Part shown: piece after piece, positions 1 through 8,868 of the stretch
How the letters are laid out: the number at the start of each line of letters is the position of its first letter
How positions within the stretch are numbered: the first letter of the stretch is position 1
NCBI GenBank assembly: GCA_964357255.1
Contig: CAYHKQ010000006.1
Coordinates: 1-44,527 of the forward strand
From: an uncultured Elusimicrobia bacterium
GTDB taxonomy: Bacteria > Elusimicrobiota > Elusimicrobia > JACQPE01
Direction of reading: 5' to 3'
Length of the DNA stretch: 44,527 bases
Translations under genes and position numbers: made by a program
Notes under the pieces: model-generated
What the model was told of the DNA's origin: nothing
The model's input: only the letters and a program-made list of their open reading frames with translations
Database searches by the model: none

Positions 1-225
1 TGGTGTTGTGTTTAATGGTGGGGGCCGGGGGGGGGGGGGGTGTTTCCCCCGGGGGGGGGGGCAAAACCCCCCCCCCCGCCAATCTTGCCCGGCGCACGCG
101 CGACCCGCGCAGTCAGGCGTTGTTGAAACTTGCCGCCGGAGCATCCCTCAGGGGCTTGAATCCCGTCAATATCCGCGAAGCCAGACTTTCCTAGAATATC
201 TACCAGATATATTTTTTTTAGAATT

Positions 226-2484
226 ATGTCGGCCAAAAAAATTTCGTTGCCAGGAAAAATCCGGCGAGCGTTGCGCCGGCTCATCCGCGTCTTTTTTTTA
301 TCGTTGTTCGTAGCTCTGATGATCGCCTCGGCCGCTGTTCCGTTGGCGTTTAAGTATTTCATTGGCGTGGACACTGTCGTGGCCTGGGTATGCGGCGAAC
401 TGGCCGAAAAATTTCACCGTCAGATTATTGTAGGCGAGGCTAAGGTGAGCTTGTGGAGCGGGATTGATTTGAGTCAGGTAAAAATTTCCGAGTATCCGAG
501 CTTTCGGGAAGGAGTTTTTGCCGAGGTCGGACGGTTTAACATCAATCCAAATCTTTTTGAGTTATTGGCCGGAAAGGTTCGAGCTGACGAGTTGAAAATT
601 TATGGCGCTAAAATTTCCTTGAAACGCGGCCGGACAGGCCGATGGAACGTGGGCAGTCTGACGGCTCATCATCAAGAGCCCAGGGTGTTTTCCATTGGAA
701 TGGCCGCCGAGTCTTTGCCGGTTGATTTTGATTTGGACAATATCGAAATTACAAACAGCGATTTCGTGATTGAAGATGACTCGGGCAGTTTGCCGTCGGC
801 TCATTTGTGGAATATTAATTTCGCGGCCCGAAATCTTTCTTTGAAGAATTCTTTTGCCGTTTCGGGCTCTTTGACGGCTCAATTGACGGGGCCGTCCGAC
901 CAAGATCAGGGACCGGCGTCAATGGACAAGTTTCCGGCTAAGATTGCGTCGAGACGCAATGATGTTTGGATGAAATGGATTGGGTCCGGCGTTTTGAACG
1001 CGAGTTTTAAGTCCAGGATTAATCCCATGGGCGGGCAATTAAATAGACTTAAATTTGACACGGCGGATTTCGAGGTGAAAACGAGTTCCTGGAGTTTGAC
1101 GGCCGGCGCCAGGGCGGCCATTTTTGGGTCGGGCACGCACAGGGCCAAGGTGAAGATGAATTTTAGCGATTATCGTTTTACGCTGGCCAGCGCTCCGGTC
1201 CAAGCGGACGGGATGATGGAACTCGATCTTTCGTTTGATTTTAAGGCCTCCACCAAAAGCATTGGAGTCAATGTGGACGCGGACAATCTGAGGTTTATTT
1301 GGGGAAATTACGCGCGCAAGCCAGAAATGTTTCCATTTAAAGCGGCATTCGACGTGCGCTGGAAGGATGTCGATTTTGCCGCGCATGCTTCCGGGGCGCG
1401 GCCGGTTTATCGGACTGAGGGTGGCATGACCTGGACTACATATAAAGGGCAGGAGGGAAAAATTGAGCATTGGGCTTTGTTAATTCGGCCTACCTATCAA
1501 GCCGCGGGGCCCGACGACGAGGAATTTCCGGATTGGCCTGAGCCGGACGAAGAGCCATCGCGGCAGGAGCCGGATTGGGAGCTGTTTTTTTCCTCGGTTT
1601 CCTTTGACGCGGCCATGGCCGCGCCGTTGATTCCGATTCTTTCGCCTTTTCCATTTTCCGACGGCATGGTTCGGGCCGGTCTTGTGGAACTCAATGGCGG
1701 CCCCGGCTTTTGGGAATTGGCGCTCAAAGACGCCAGAATCGAAGGCGCGCGCATCAGGCGCGCGCCCAATAACATCGAGCGTCTTAATGTGGGCCTGGAA
1801 AATTTTGAGCTGGAGCGCAGGGGGAATCGTTGGGACGCAAAAACGATTAAGGGCGCCATCATGGTCGGCCGCGCGGACACGCCCCTGCTGTCTTGCCGTG
1901 AATTGACGTCTCTGGTTGATTTGACCGGAGTTTCGAATATTCCAAACCCTAAAATCCGCGGAGAAATTCATACGCATCTTGAAAACGGAGCGCTTAAAAA
2001 TATTTCCCATTTGGTTTCACTCGCGCCATTTATGCAGTTTCTGGTGTACCCTCTGCGAATCGTGGAGAATCTTAACTCCTGGAGAGTTCTTAAATTCAAA
2101 AATCAGGATTTCAACGCTATCCCTATGGACGTCATGCAGGGGGATTATTATTTTGACGACGGCAAGATGAGCTTGGACAAGGTGACGCTCAAGGGGCCTC
2201 TTGGCAACGTGCAGGTGAGCGGCAACGTGGATTTTCCCCGCGACAGCATCAATCTGGTCGCAGCCATTAATATTCCCCGCGAGCGGATCAGTTGGCCCAT
2301 GGCGGACACGTTTTCCGACGAAGAAGGCAATCCCTATTTGCATATTAAGATCAAGGGCCGGATTAAGAACCCCTCTGTTTATCCCGTCATCAGGCCAAAG
2401 AAATATTTGCTTGACGAATTGGAGGGGCCATGGAGAGCTCTGCGGGAAAAAGCGAGGGGCATCTTGAAGAAAATTTTTCGTTAA
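226..2484 (+). CDS. AsmA family protein
   Basis: 752-aa ORF. N-terminal TM anchor, beta-rich repeats (GIDLSQVKI, FNINPNLFELLAGKV, ISLKRGRTGRWNV) and an AsmA-like C-terminus (KVTLKGPLGNVQVSGNVDF...IKIKGRIKNP). Confidence 0.75.
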   Translation: MSAKKISLPGKIRRALRRLIRVFFLSLFVALMIASAAVPLAFKYFIGVDTVVAWVCGELAEKFHRQIIVGEAKVSLWSGIDLSQVKISEYPSFREGVFAEVGRFNINPNLFELLAGKVRADELKIYGAKISLKRGRTGRWNVGSLTAHHQEPRVFSIGMAAESLPVDFDLDNIEITNSDFVIEDDSGSLPSAHLWNINFAARNLSLKNSFAVSGSLTAQLTGPSDQDQGPASMDKFPAKIASRRNDVWMKWIGSGVLNASFKSRINPMGGQLNRLKFDTADFEVKTSSWSLTAGARAAIFGSGTHRAKVKMNFSDYRFTLASAPVQADGMMELDLSFDFKASTKSIGVNVDADNLRFIWGNYARKPEMFPFKAAFDVRWKDVDFAAHASGARPVYRTEGGMTWTTYKGQEGKIEHWALLIRPTYQAAGPDDEEFPDWPEPDEEPSRQEPDWELFFSSVSFDAAMAAPLIPILSPFPFSDGMVRAGLVELNGGPGFWELALKDARIEGARIRRAPNNIERLNVGLENFELERRGNRWDAKTIKGAIMVGRADTPLLSCRELTSLVDLTGVSNIPNPKIRGEIHTHLENGALKNISHLVSLAPFMQFLVYPLRIVENLNSWRVLKFKNQDFNAIPMDVMQGDYYFDDGKMSLDKVTLKGPLGNVQVSGNVDFPRDSINLVAAINIPRERISWPMADTFSDEEGNPYLHIKIKGRIKNPSVYPVIRPKKYLLDELEGPWRALREKARGILKKIFR

Positions 2485-2491
2485 TCCTATC

Positions 2492-2500
2492 TGCTAAACT
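2492..2500 (+). promoter_or_regulatory. Putative extended -10 promoter (TGcTAAACT) for dnaX
   Basis: TGn-TAnnnT 9 nt upstream of the ATG at 2510; no Shine-Dalgarno in between. Confidence 0.4.
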
Positions 2501-2509
2501 GCTCTTGTT

Positions 2510-4270
2510 ATGACTCATCGGCACAGGTCCTTAAGCGCAAAATACCGTCCAGCCTACTTTCGCGATGTGGTGGGCCAGGAGGCGGCAAGCCAGGCATTGT
2601 CCAACGCAGTGGCCTTGGGGCGCATTCATCCGGCCTATTGTTTTTATGGCTCCCGAGGTTCAGGGAAAACCTCGATGGCCAGGATTTTGGCCCGGGCCTT
2701 AAATTGCGCTTCGCGCCTCCAGGGCCGTCCCAGAGACGATCGGGATTCGCAAGCGCCGGCATCGGGCGTAAAAGTTGAGGTTTCTAAGGCGGAGCCCTGC
2801 GGGCAATGCGCTTCCTGCCTTGAGATTGCCGAGGGCCGCTCGCTCGACGTGCTCGAGATTGACGCGGCGAGCCATACGCAAGTGGAGCATATCCGGGAGG
2901 TGATTCTCGACACGATCAATCTTGCTCCCGTGCGCGAGCGTTACCGGATTTTTATCATTGACGAGGTTCACATGCTTTCGGCGGGGTCTTTTAACGCGAT
3001 GCTTAAGACTTTAGAGGAGCCGCCGGATCATGCGCTGTTTATTTTAGCGACGACGAATCTTGCCAAAGTGCCGGCCACGGTGATTTCAAGAACACAGAGT
3101 TTTCCTTTTCGTTCCTTGAGCATAATCGAGATTAAGGGCCATCTTAGCGGCATTATTCAAAAGGAAGGCATTGGCGTGGAGGAGGAAGCGATTGAGGAAT
3201 TAGCCCGCGCGGCCGGGGGAAGCTTAAGGGATGCGTTGAGCCTTTTAGAGCAAATGGCGAGCCTGGTGGGGGGCTCCTCCGGCACGATTCGCCGGCAGGA
3301 TCTTACCCGACTTTTAGGTTTTGTGGAGGAAAAGGCGGTGGAGGGGTTAATTGAAGCCCTGGCGGACAATCGTGATTTTGAGCAGGCGCGGATTATCGTG
3401 CAGGATCAACTGTTGAAATGGGGCCATACACCATCGCAATTGTTGGGAAGCCTTTATCGCCGTTTAGCGGCCAGGCTCATCGAGAGCCTTGGCGCAGGCG
3501 CCCAGCCGCAGGCTCGCCGGCTTTATCTCTTGGCTCGTCATGTGACCGAGATCCAATCATCATTGCGTTTTAGTCCCGATCCTATTTTGGCCTGCGAGGT
3601 CGGGCTTTTAGGATTTTTGTTGATAGATTCAAGCGGCGAGACAGCGCAACCCGCCGGCCGCGTGGCTATGCGGCCGCCTGAGGAAAATAAGGGAAAGCCG
3701 TCCGTAGTTCCTTCGCAGAGATCGGTGGCGACTGAGGCGACCGAGCCGATGGGTCGAACTCGCGGCGCTTCTGGCGCCCCATCCGCTACTGCGCCGCCCG
3801 CGGCAAAATCGGAGATACCGGTTCCGGTTAATGCCGGCCCATCGCCGGAGCCCGCCTCGGCGAGGGATTCGCGGCCGGAATTGCCTCATAATTCAGAGCC
3901 ATCGGCGACGGCGTTAAGCGATTCCGTCCGCTTTCAAAATTTTTTGCAGGCGGTTGGGCGTGAAAGTTACGGTCTTTATTTCGATGGGGCCGGGATCGAG
4001 CCCGGGGAAGGGGGCGGCCATGCCCTGATCCTGGCTAATGATTTTTACGTCGAAGGCATGGAAAAGAACAAAGAAAAGATTTTGGTTTTATGGCGGACTC
4101 ATTTTGGATCCGCTCCGCTCCATTCTTTTTTGAATAAAGGTCTTGCGCGGCCCTCGGCGCCTCAACCGCAGACCAAGCCCTCCGCCGTTCCCGTTCCGGT
4201 TGAAATTCCTGATGACATCAAGCGCATGGCCAAGGTTTTTGGCGGTAAAATAAAACGAATCAAATCTTAG
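2510..4270 (+). CDS. dnaX: DNA polymerase III subunit gamma/tau
   Basis: KYRP..F.DVVGQ, Walker A GSRGSGKTS, Zn Cys cluster (LNC...PCGQCASC), EIDAAS, IIDEVHML, LKTLEEPP, GSLRDALSLL; Pro/Ala-rich linker. Confidence 0.97.
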   Translation: MTHRHRSLSAKYRPAYFRDVVGQEAASQALSNAVALGRIHPAYCFYGSRGSGKTSMARILARALNCASRLQGRPRDDRDSQAPASGVKVEVSKAEPCGQCASCLEIAEGRSLDVLEIDAASHTQVEHIREVILDTINLAPVRERYRIFIIDEVHMLSAGSFNAMLKTLEEPPDHALFILATTNLAKVPATVISRTQSFPFRSLSIIEIKGHLSGIIQKEGIGVEEEAIEELARAAGGSLRDALSLLEQMASLVGGSSGTIRRQDLTRLLGFVEEKAVEGLIEALADNRDFEQARIIVQDQLLKWGHTPSQLLGSLYRRLAARLIESLGAGAQPQARRLYLLARHVTEIQSSLRFSPDPILACEVGLLGFLLIDSSGETAQPAGRVAMRPPEENKGKPSVVPSQRSVATEATEPMGRTRGASGAPSATAPPAAKSEIPVPVNAGPSPEPASARDSRPELPHNSEPSATALSDSVRFQNFLQAVGRESYGLYFDGAGIEPGEGGGHALILANDFYVEGMEKNKEKILVLWRTHFGSAPLHSFLNKGLARPSAPQPQTKPSAVPVPVEIPDDIKRMAKVFGGKIKRIKS

Positions 4271-4292
4271 GAGCCTAAATAAGGCGTAGTCA

Positions 4293-4943
4293 ATGGGACG
4301 TCCGAAATCTCTCGATACTTTGGCTCAATCCTTGCGTTTGGCCTTTGGCCATGTGGGGCCGCGTCAAAGCCAGCGCATGGCGATACGATTGGTGAGTTTG
4401 GAGGATCGTCATTTTATGGCGTTGACGCAGGCCATGCAGGAAGCTCGCCGCAGGGTGGGCCGATGTGAACTTTGTCAGGACTTTACCGAGGCGCAACGTT
4501 GCCGCATTTGCGCTGATTCTCAAAGGGACATCGGTTTGCTGTGCATTACTGAGAATTCGCAGGATGTCGAGGCCTTGGAGGCCAGCCGCAGTTATAACGG
4601 GCTTTATCATGTTCTTCATGGAAGCCTAGAACAAGGAGAGGACCGAGAGTTGCTCGAGAGCGCGCGGCGTCTGACGATTGAGGAGTTATGGGCGCGCCTG
4701 GGTTTGAGCCCCGCGCCTCGCGAGGTCATCCTTGCGTTGGACCAGGATATGGCTGGCGAGCTGACCAGCCTTTACCTGGCCCGCGAGATTTTTCGGCGTT
4801 TCGGCCATTTGAAAATCAGCAGAATCGGCGTCGGAATTCCTTTTGGCGGAGAGGTTCTGTACGCCGATCCCGCTACGGTCAAGCATTCATTGCGTTCGCG
4901 TATCGAGATGCCCGCGCCGCAGGAGGCCATAAATTCTAAATAG
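4293..4943 (+). CDS. recR: Recombination mediator RecR (divergent)
   Basis: C4 zinc finger CELC...CRIC, YNGLYHVLHG, EVILA, SRIGVGIPFGGEVLYAD; follows dnaX as is usual. Confidence 0.93.
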   Translation: MGRPKSLDTLAQSLRLAFGHVGPRQSQRMAIRLVSLEDRHFMALTQAMQEARRRVGRCELCQDFTEAQRCRICADSQRDIGLLCITENSQDVEALEASRSYNGLYHVLHGSLEQGEDRELLESARRLTIEELWARLGLSPAPREVILALDQDMAGELTSLYLAREIFRRFGHLKISRIGVGIPFGGEVLYADPATVKHSLRSRIEMPAPQEAINSK

Positions 4944-4946
4944 TAT

Positions 4947-5019
4947 CGGGGGTTGGCTCAGTTGGTAGAGCGCTCGGTTTGGGACCGAGAGGTCGGCGGT
5001 TCAAATCCGCCACCCCCGA
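4947..5019 (+). tRNA. tRNA-Pro(UGG), CCA not encoded
   Basis: Full cloverleaf: acceptor CGGGGGT/ACCCCCG, D arm GCTC/GAGC, anticodon stem CTCGG/CCGAG with loop TTTGGGA (TGG at 4980-4982), T arm GGCGG-TTCAAAT-CCGCC, discriminator A5019. Confidence 0.97.
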
Positions 5020-5033
5020 TAGCGCTTCCGAGT

Positions 5034-5705
5034 TTGTCCATCAGCATCCCGGCTTTTAACGAGCGCGAAACGCTCTCCGGAGTGGTTCAAGAGAGCATTG
5101 AAGCGGCCGAGCGTATGTGCGGCGATTTTGAAATTTTAGTCATAGATGACGGCAGCACGGACGGAACCTCCGCAATCGCGGATGGATTGGCCCGGCAAGA
5201 TTCTAGGATTAGAGTTATTCATCATCGGCAAAATCAGGGCTTTGGAGAGACGCTTAAAGAAGTTTATGTTTTACCCCGCAAGGAATGGATTTTTTTTGTT
5301 CCCGGCGATGGGCAGATTGCGCCAAAGGAACTCGTAAAACTTGCGCCGGCCGCGGTTGATCATGATTTAATTTTAGGCCGCCGGATTCACCGGCGGGATT
5401 CATGGATGAGATCGGCGCAGGCCGGCGTTTACAATGCGCTAGTTAGTCTTGTCTTGGGCCGCAGGATTCGCGATGTAGACAGCGTGTTCCTGTTGCGCCG
5501 GCGGGCGCTTGGTGACATTGAAATTAAGGGCCGGAGCGTTTTTATCCACGCCGAGGTGTGTTTTAAAATCGCCAGGCAAGGCGGCAAGATCGTTGAAATT
5601 GAAATTGAGCACCGGCCGCGTCATCGGGGCGTTGCCTCGGGCAGTTCTGCGCGCGTGGTTGCCAAGACGATTTGGGATTTTTTTAAGTACTGCGTTAACG
5701 GATAG
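5034..5705 (+). CDS. GT2 glycosyltransferase, DPM1/ArnC-like; start uncertain
   Basis: SISIPAFNE, IDDGSTDGT, NQGFG, PGDGQ, HRPRHRG. The ORF-track start (4953) lies inside the tRNA; the first plausible start after it is TTG 5034. Confidence 0.85.
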   Translation: MSISIPAFNERETLSGVVQESIEAAERMCGDFEILVIDDGSTDGTSAIADGLARQDSRIRVIHHRQNQGFGETLKEVYVLPRKEWIFFVPGDGQIAPKELVKLAPAAVDHDLILGRRIHRRDSWMRSAQAGVYNALVSLVLGRRIRDVDSVFLLRRRALGDIEIKGRSVFIHAEVCFKIARQGGKIVEIEIEHRPRHRGVASGSSARVVAKTIWDFFKYCVNG

Positions 5706-5711
5706 ATTTCA

Positions 5712-6428
5712 ATGGCCGTTTTATCCGTCGCCATCTGCGCCCGAGACGAGGAAAGAACGCTCGATGCGGTGGCGGGAGAAGTTCTAAAGCTAGGGATCAG
5801 CAAGGAAATTTTAATCGTGGACGATGGTTCCAAGGATCGAACTTATGAAATCGCTCAGAATTTAAGTCGAAAAAATCAGCAGGTCAGAATTTTTCATCAC
5901 GACTCATCGCGCGGCAAGGGGGCCGCTCTTCAGACGGCGTTGCGTCATGCCCAGGGAGAATATTTTGCGGTGCAGGACGCTGATTTGGAATATGAACCCG
6001 CTCAAATTGAATCCGTGGTCCGGCGCATGCAGACTGAGGGATGGGACGTTGTTTTTGGCAGTCGGTTTTTAAAATCGAATCCGACGCAGTACATTATGTT
6101 TTATATGGGCAATAAATTGGTGTCGCGTTGGATCAGTTTTTTAACGCGCATAACGATTACCGATGCCTATACAGGCACGAAAATTTTTAAGACGGAGCTG
6201 TTGCGCGGTTTTGGCCTCAAGGCCAATGGTTTTGAGATCGAGGCCGAAATGGCCGTTAAAACAGGCATTCTGGCCCGTCAACGTCGGATTCGATTTTTGG
6301 AAATTCCAATTCCCTATCATCCTCGGACCATGGGGGAAGGTAAAAAAATTGGAGTTTTTGACGGCGCCAGGGCCATCTGGTCGGCGCTGGATTATCGGCT
6401 GGATTCGCGCCGGCGAAAGATGCGTTGA
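5712..6428 (+). CDS. GT2 glycosyltransferase, DPM1-like
   Basis: VDDGSKDRT, GKGAA, QDADLEY, VFGSRF, TDAYTGTK, FEIEAE, YHPR..GKKI. Confidence 0.93.
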   Translation: MAVLSVAICARDEERTLDAVAGEVLKLGISKEILIVDDGSKDRTYEIAQNLSRKNQQVRIFHHDSSRGKGAALQTALRHAQGEYFAVQDADLEYEPAQIESVVRRMQTEGWDVVFGSRFLKSNPTQYIMFYMGNKLVSRWISFLTRITITDAYTGTKIFKTELLRGFGLKANGFEIEAEMAVKTGILARQRRIRFLEIPIPYHPRTMGEGKKIGVFDGARAIWSALDYRLDSRRRKMR

Positions 6429-7984
6429 TCCGGCGCGATGTATTCCAGGTCAAAGGGAGGGTTTCGCCACCAGCAGGGGATGCCAAAAAAATTTGGACGA
6501 TAGGCGAAAGAGGCGACCTGTTCCACGTTGTCAAATATTCTATCAAGAGCCTTGCGTTGCGGGCTTGAAGCGGGGCTTTTGAGAAAATCCCGGTATTCGA
6601 TATCGCTCAAGACGAAATAAGGCGGCAAATCACGATTAAGCCAGCCGGCCAAGGCTTCGTCGAGCCGGCTTCGATCATCGCCCCCCTTGATGACTTTGAA
6701 AGGGGATTGGTGGGTCCTTAAAATCGGAGCTGTCCAGTAATAACTGCGAATGATTCCGATTTCAGTTCCGGGGGAAACATGACTCAGAAGCCATTCGCTC
6801 GCTTGTTCGCGCGTATTGACGGCGGCGAATGCTTTAGCGATGGCCAGCCCTTCGGCGGCTTGGATCGCCAAAGCGATGACGGTTAAAATTAAGGACCAGC
6901 TTTTGGCCTTGGCGGCCACGCGGTTGATTACACAGGCGCTTGCCAGAATTAGAAATGGAAGAAAAGGGAAGGTGTAGATCGCATTTTTCGTGTGTGAGTA
7001 TGAAATGACGGCGAATGTCGAAAGGCTTCCAAGAAGAAAGATAGTTTTTGCCGGGCCGGCCGGCCATTTTGTCCCAATGACAATGCCGGCCATGCCTGTC
7101 GCCGCGACCAGCCAGCTCGTGGAAAACGGCAGATAGTAGGTGATGATTTGGTAAACGCCCAGGAGAAGATTTGACGAAGCCCGTGGATCCTTGTTGACAA
7201 CCCGGCTTATTTCTCCAAGAAAATAATGCGAGAAAGAGTTGAAGCTCAAAACAGAGTATGGACAGGTGACGATAAACGCCAGGAACAACCCAGCCATCGT
7301 TAAGGAGGCGGCTTTCCATGGTTTTTTTGCGCCGAGCCAGACCGCGGCCAGGGCGAGCGGCCAGTAGAGAAACCCCGTATATTTACTTGACGCCGAAAGG
7401 CCGAAAACAACGCCTATTAAAAAGGCTCGTTTGAGGTTGATGCCTAATTTAAGCCAGTGAAATGTCATCCAGAGGCCCAGAAGACCAAGGGCTAAAAATA
7501 AAGAATCCGGTTTTAAGAAATGGTCGGACGCGATAGCGGCGGGGCTGAAGGCGAACAGGCCGGCTGCCGTCAGGCCGGTTTTAGCGTCGAATAGGGTTTT
7601 TCCGATGAAGCCAAGGAGGATGACGCTTCCCAGGCCCGAGAGCGCTGAAATGAGCCGTCCGATCAGATAAAGCCGGTCCGCTTGCCGGAAATCTTCTTTC
7701 ATTTGGCCGCGGTTGTCGCTGGAGATTAGATGAGCGACTTTAGCCGTGAGCAACGTGGCGCCGGTAAGGTAATAGTGCAGGCTCCCCCACCAAAGGGCGT
7801 CATCGGGGTAGAGATCGCCTCGTTGGCGCATTCGTTCCATGGAATAAAGGGTAATGGCTTCATCGGGGTGGTAAGTTGCCAGGGTTAAGCTTTTAGAAGG
7901 CGCCCCCCACGTTAATCCCGACAAGCGCAATCCCAGAGCTATTGCGACCACAAGGACCAGGCCGATGCCGAATTTGGTTTTCAA
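6392..7984 (-). CDS. GT-C membrane glycosyltransferase (ArnT/PMT-like)
   Basis: Multi-TM protein; LRL.GL.WG.P...HPDE acidic loop; ASSKYTG; AGGAG SD before the TTG start. Confidence 0.85.
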   Translation of the reverse strand: MKTKFGIGLVLVVAIALGLRLSGLTWGAPSKSLTLATYHPDEAITLYSMERMRQRGDLYPDDALWWGSLHYYLTGATLLTAKVAHLISSDNRGQMKEDFRQADRLYLIGRLISALSGLGSVILLGFIGKTLFDAKTGLTAAGLFAFSPAAIASDHFLKPDSLFLALGLLGLWMTFHWLKLGINLKRAFLIGVVFGLSASSKYTGFLYWPLALAAVWLGAKKPWKAASLTMAGLFLAFIVTCPYSVLSFNSFSHYFLGEISRVVNKDPRASSNLLLGVYQIITYYLPFSTSWLVAATGMAGIVIGTKWPAGPAKTIFLLGSLSTFAVISYSHTKNAIYTFPFLPFLILASACVINRVAAKAKSWSLILTVIALAIQAAEGLAIAKAFAAVNTREQASEWLLSHVSPGTEIGIIRSYYWTAPILRTHQSPFKVIKGGDDRSRLDEALAGWLNRDLPPYFVLSDIEYRDFLKSPASSPQRKALDRIFDNVEQVASFAYRPNFFGIPCWWRNPPFDLEYIAPDQRIFRRRESSR

Positions 7985-8120
7985 TTAACGTCTCCTGGAT
8001 AAAATGTTCAGGAATTTCAGTGTCAACAATACAATTTTACTTCTTGTAATAAACGAGAGGAGGTCATCAGGCCAAACATTTCATCGAAGGCGCAATGTAG
8101 TTTAATGCTTATGAAAAATT

Positions 8121-8858
8121 ATGATTGAGAAAACCGGAGAACGGCCGATTCCTGAGCAACCTGGAACGCTCAGGGGCGTGGAGATGGACAATCTGACGCG
8201 ATATGCTTTTGCTCTGACTTACGTCGAAAACAAGACGGTCTTGGATTGCGCCTGTGGCGTGGGGTACGGCACGAGGCTGATGGCGGCCAAGGCCAATTTT
8301 GTCCAGGGCTGGGACTATTCGGCTCAATCTATTGAGGTGGCTCGCCAGCATTATTCTGTTCCCAACAGTCGTTTTGACGTGGTTGATGCGGAAAAGATTT
8401 TACCCAAGACCGTCGTTTATGACACTGTGGTCAGCTTTGAAACGATTGAGCATTTGGCTAATGGGGACCATTTTTTGCTGGAAATTCGTCAAATTTTGAA
8501 ACCCGACGGGACGCTGGTCATTTCCACACCATTCATTGACTATCGAGGTTTTTCGGGCTGGGCTTTCCATAAACGCGAATACACGCGCCGTCAGCTCTGT
8601 TTTTTATTGCGCCGGCATTTTGCCTTTATAAAGCTTTACGTGCAACCTGCCGCCGGTCTTTATATCGCGCCCTTTTCAAGAAGATTTTTTGAAGACTGCT
8701 CCACGGCTCAAACGTCCCTTATCGCGGTTTGCTCCAACCGTCCTTGCCCGGCGGTATCCTCAAGTTTTCGCCAGATCGCCCGGACTTATTTTAACGGAAT
8801 TGTTAAACGAAAAGCCAAAGACTGGCTCGGGGCGTCGGGACTCTTGAAAATCGCTTGA
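8121..8858 (+). CDS. Class I SAM-dependent methyltransferase
   Basis: TGER, RYAFA, VLDCACGVGYG, SFETIEH, LKPDGTLVISTP. Confidence 0.9.
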   Translation: MIEKTGERPIPEQPGTLRGVEMDNLTRYAFALTYVENKTVLDCACGVGYGTRLMAAKANFVQGWDYSAQSIEVARQHYSVPNSRFDVVDAEKILPKTVVYDTVVSFETIEHLANGDHFLLEIRQILKPDGTLVISTPFIDYRGFSGWAFHKREYTRRQLCFLLRRHFAFIKLYVQPAAGLYIAPFSRRFFEDCSTAQTSLIAVCSNRPCPAVSSSFRQIARTYFNGIVKRKAKDWLGASGLLKIA

Positions 8859-8868
8859 AGACGAGCCC

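Noticed and set aside
1-80. Long poly-G/poly-C tracts (possible G-quadruplex, phase-variation tract or riboswitch) and the short ORFs across them
   Set aside because: They sit at the sequence edge and look like low-quality homopolymer-rich assembly; no riboswitch consensus found, and read data would be needed.
3600-3960. Programmed frameshift producing the DnaX gamma subunit
   Set aside because: No A-AAA-AAG or long poly-A slippery site seen in the linker.
4953-5033. N-terminal extension MAQLVERSVWDREVGGSNPPPP of the GT2 ORF
   Set aside because: It is the translated tRNA-Pro sequence, not a protein domain.
6392-6428. 37-bp convergent overlap of the GT2 and GT-C 3' ends
   Set aside because: Short tail overlaps are common in compact loci; there is no evidence of a regulatory role.
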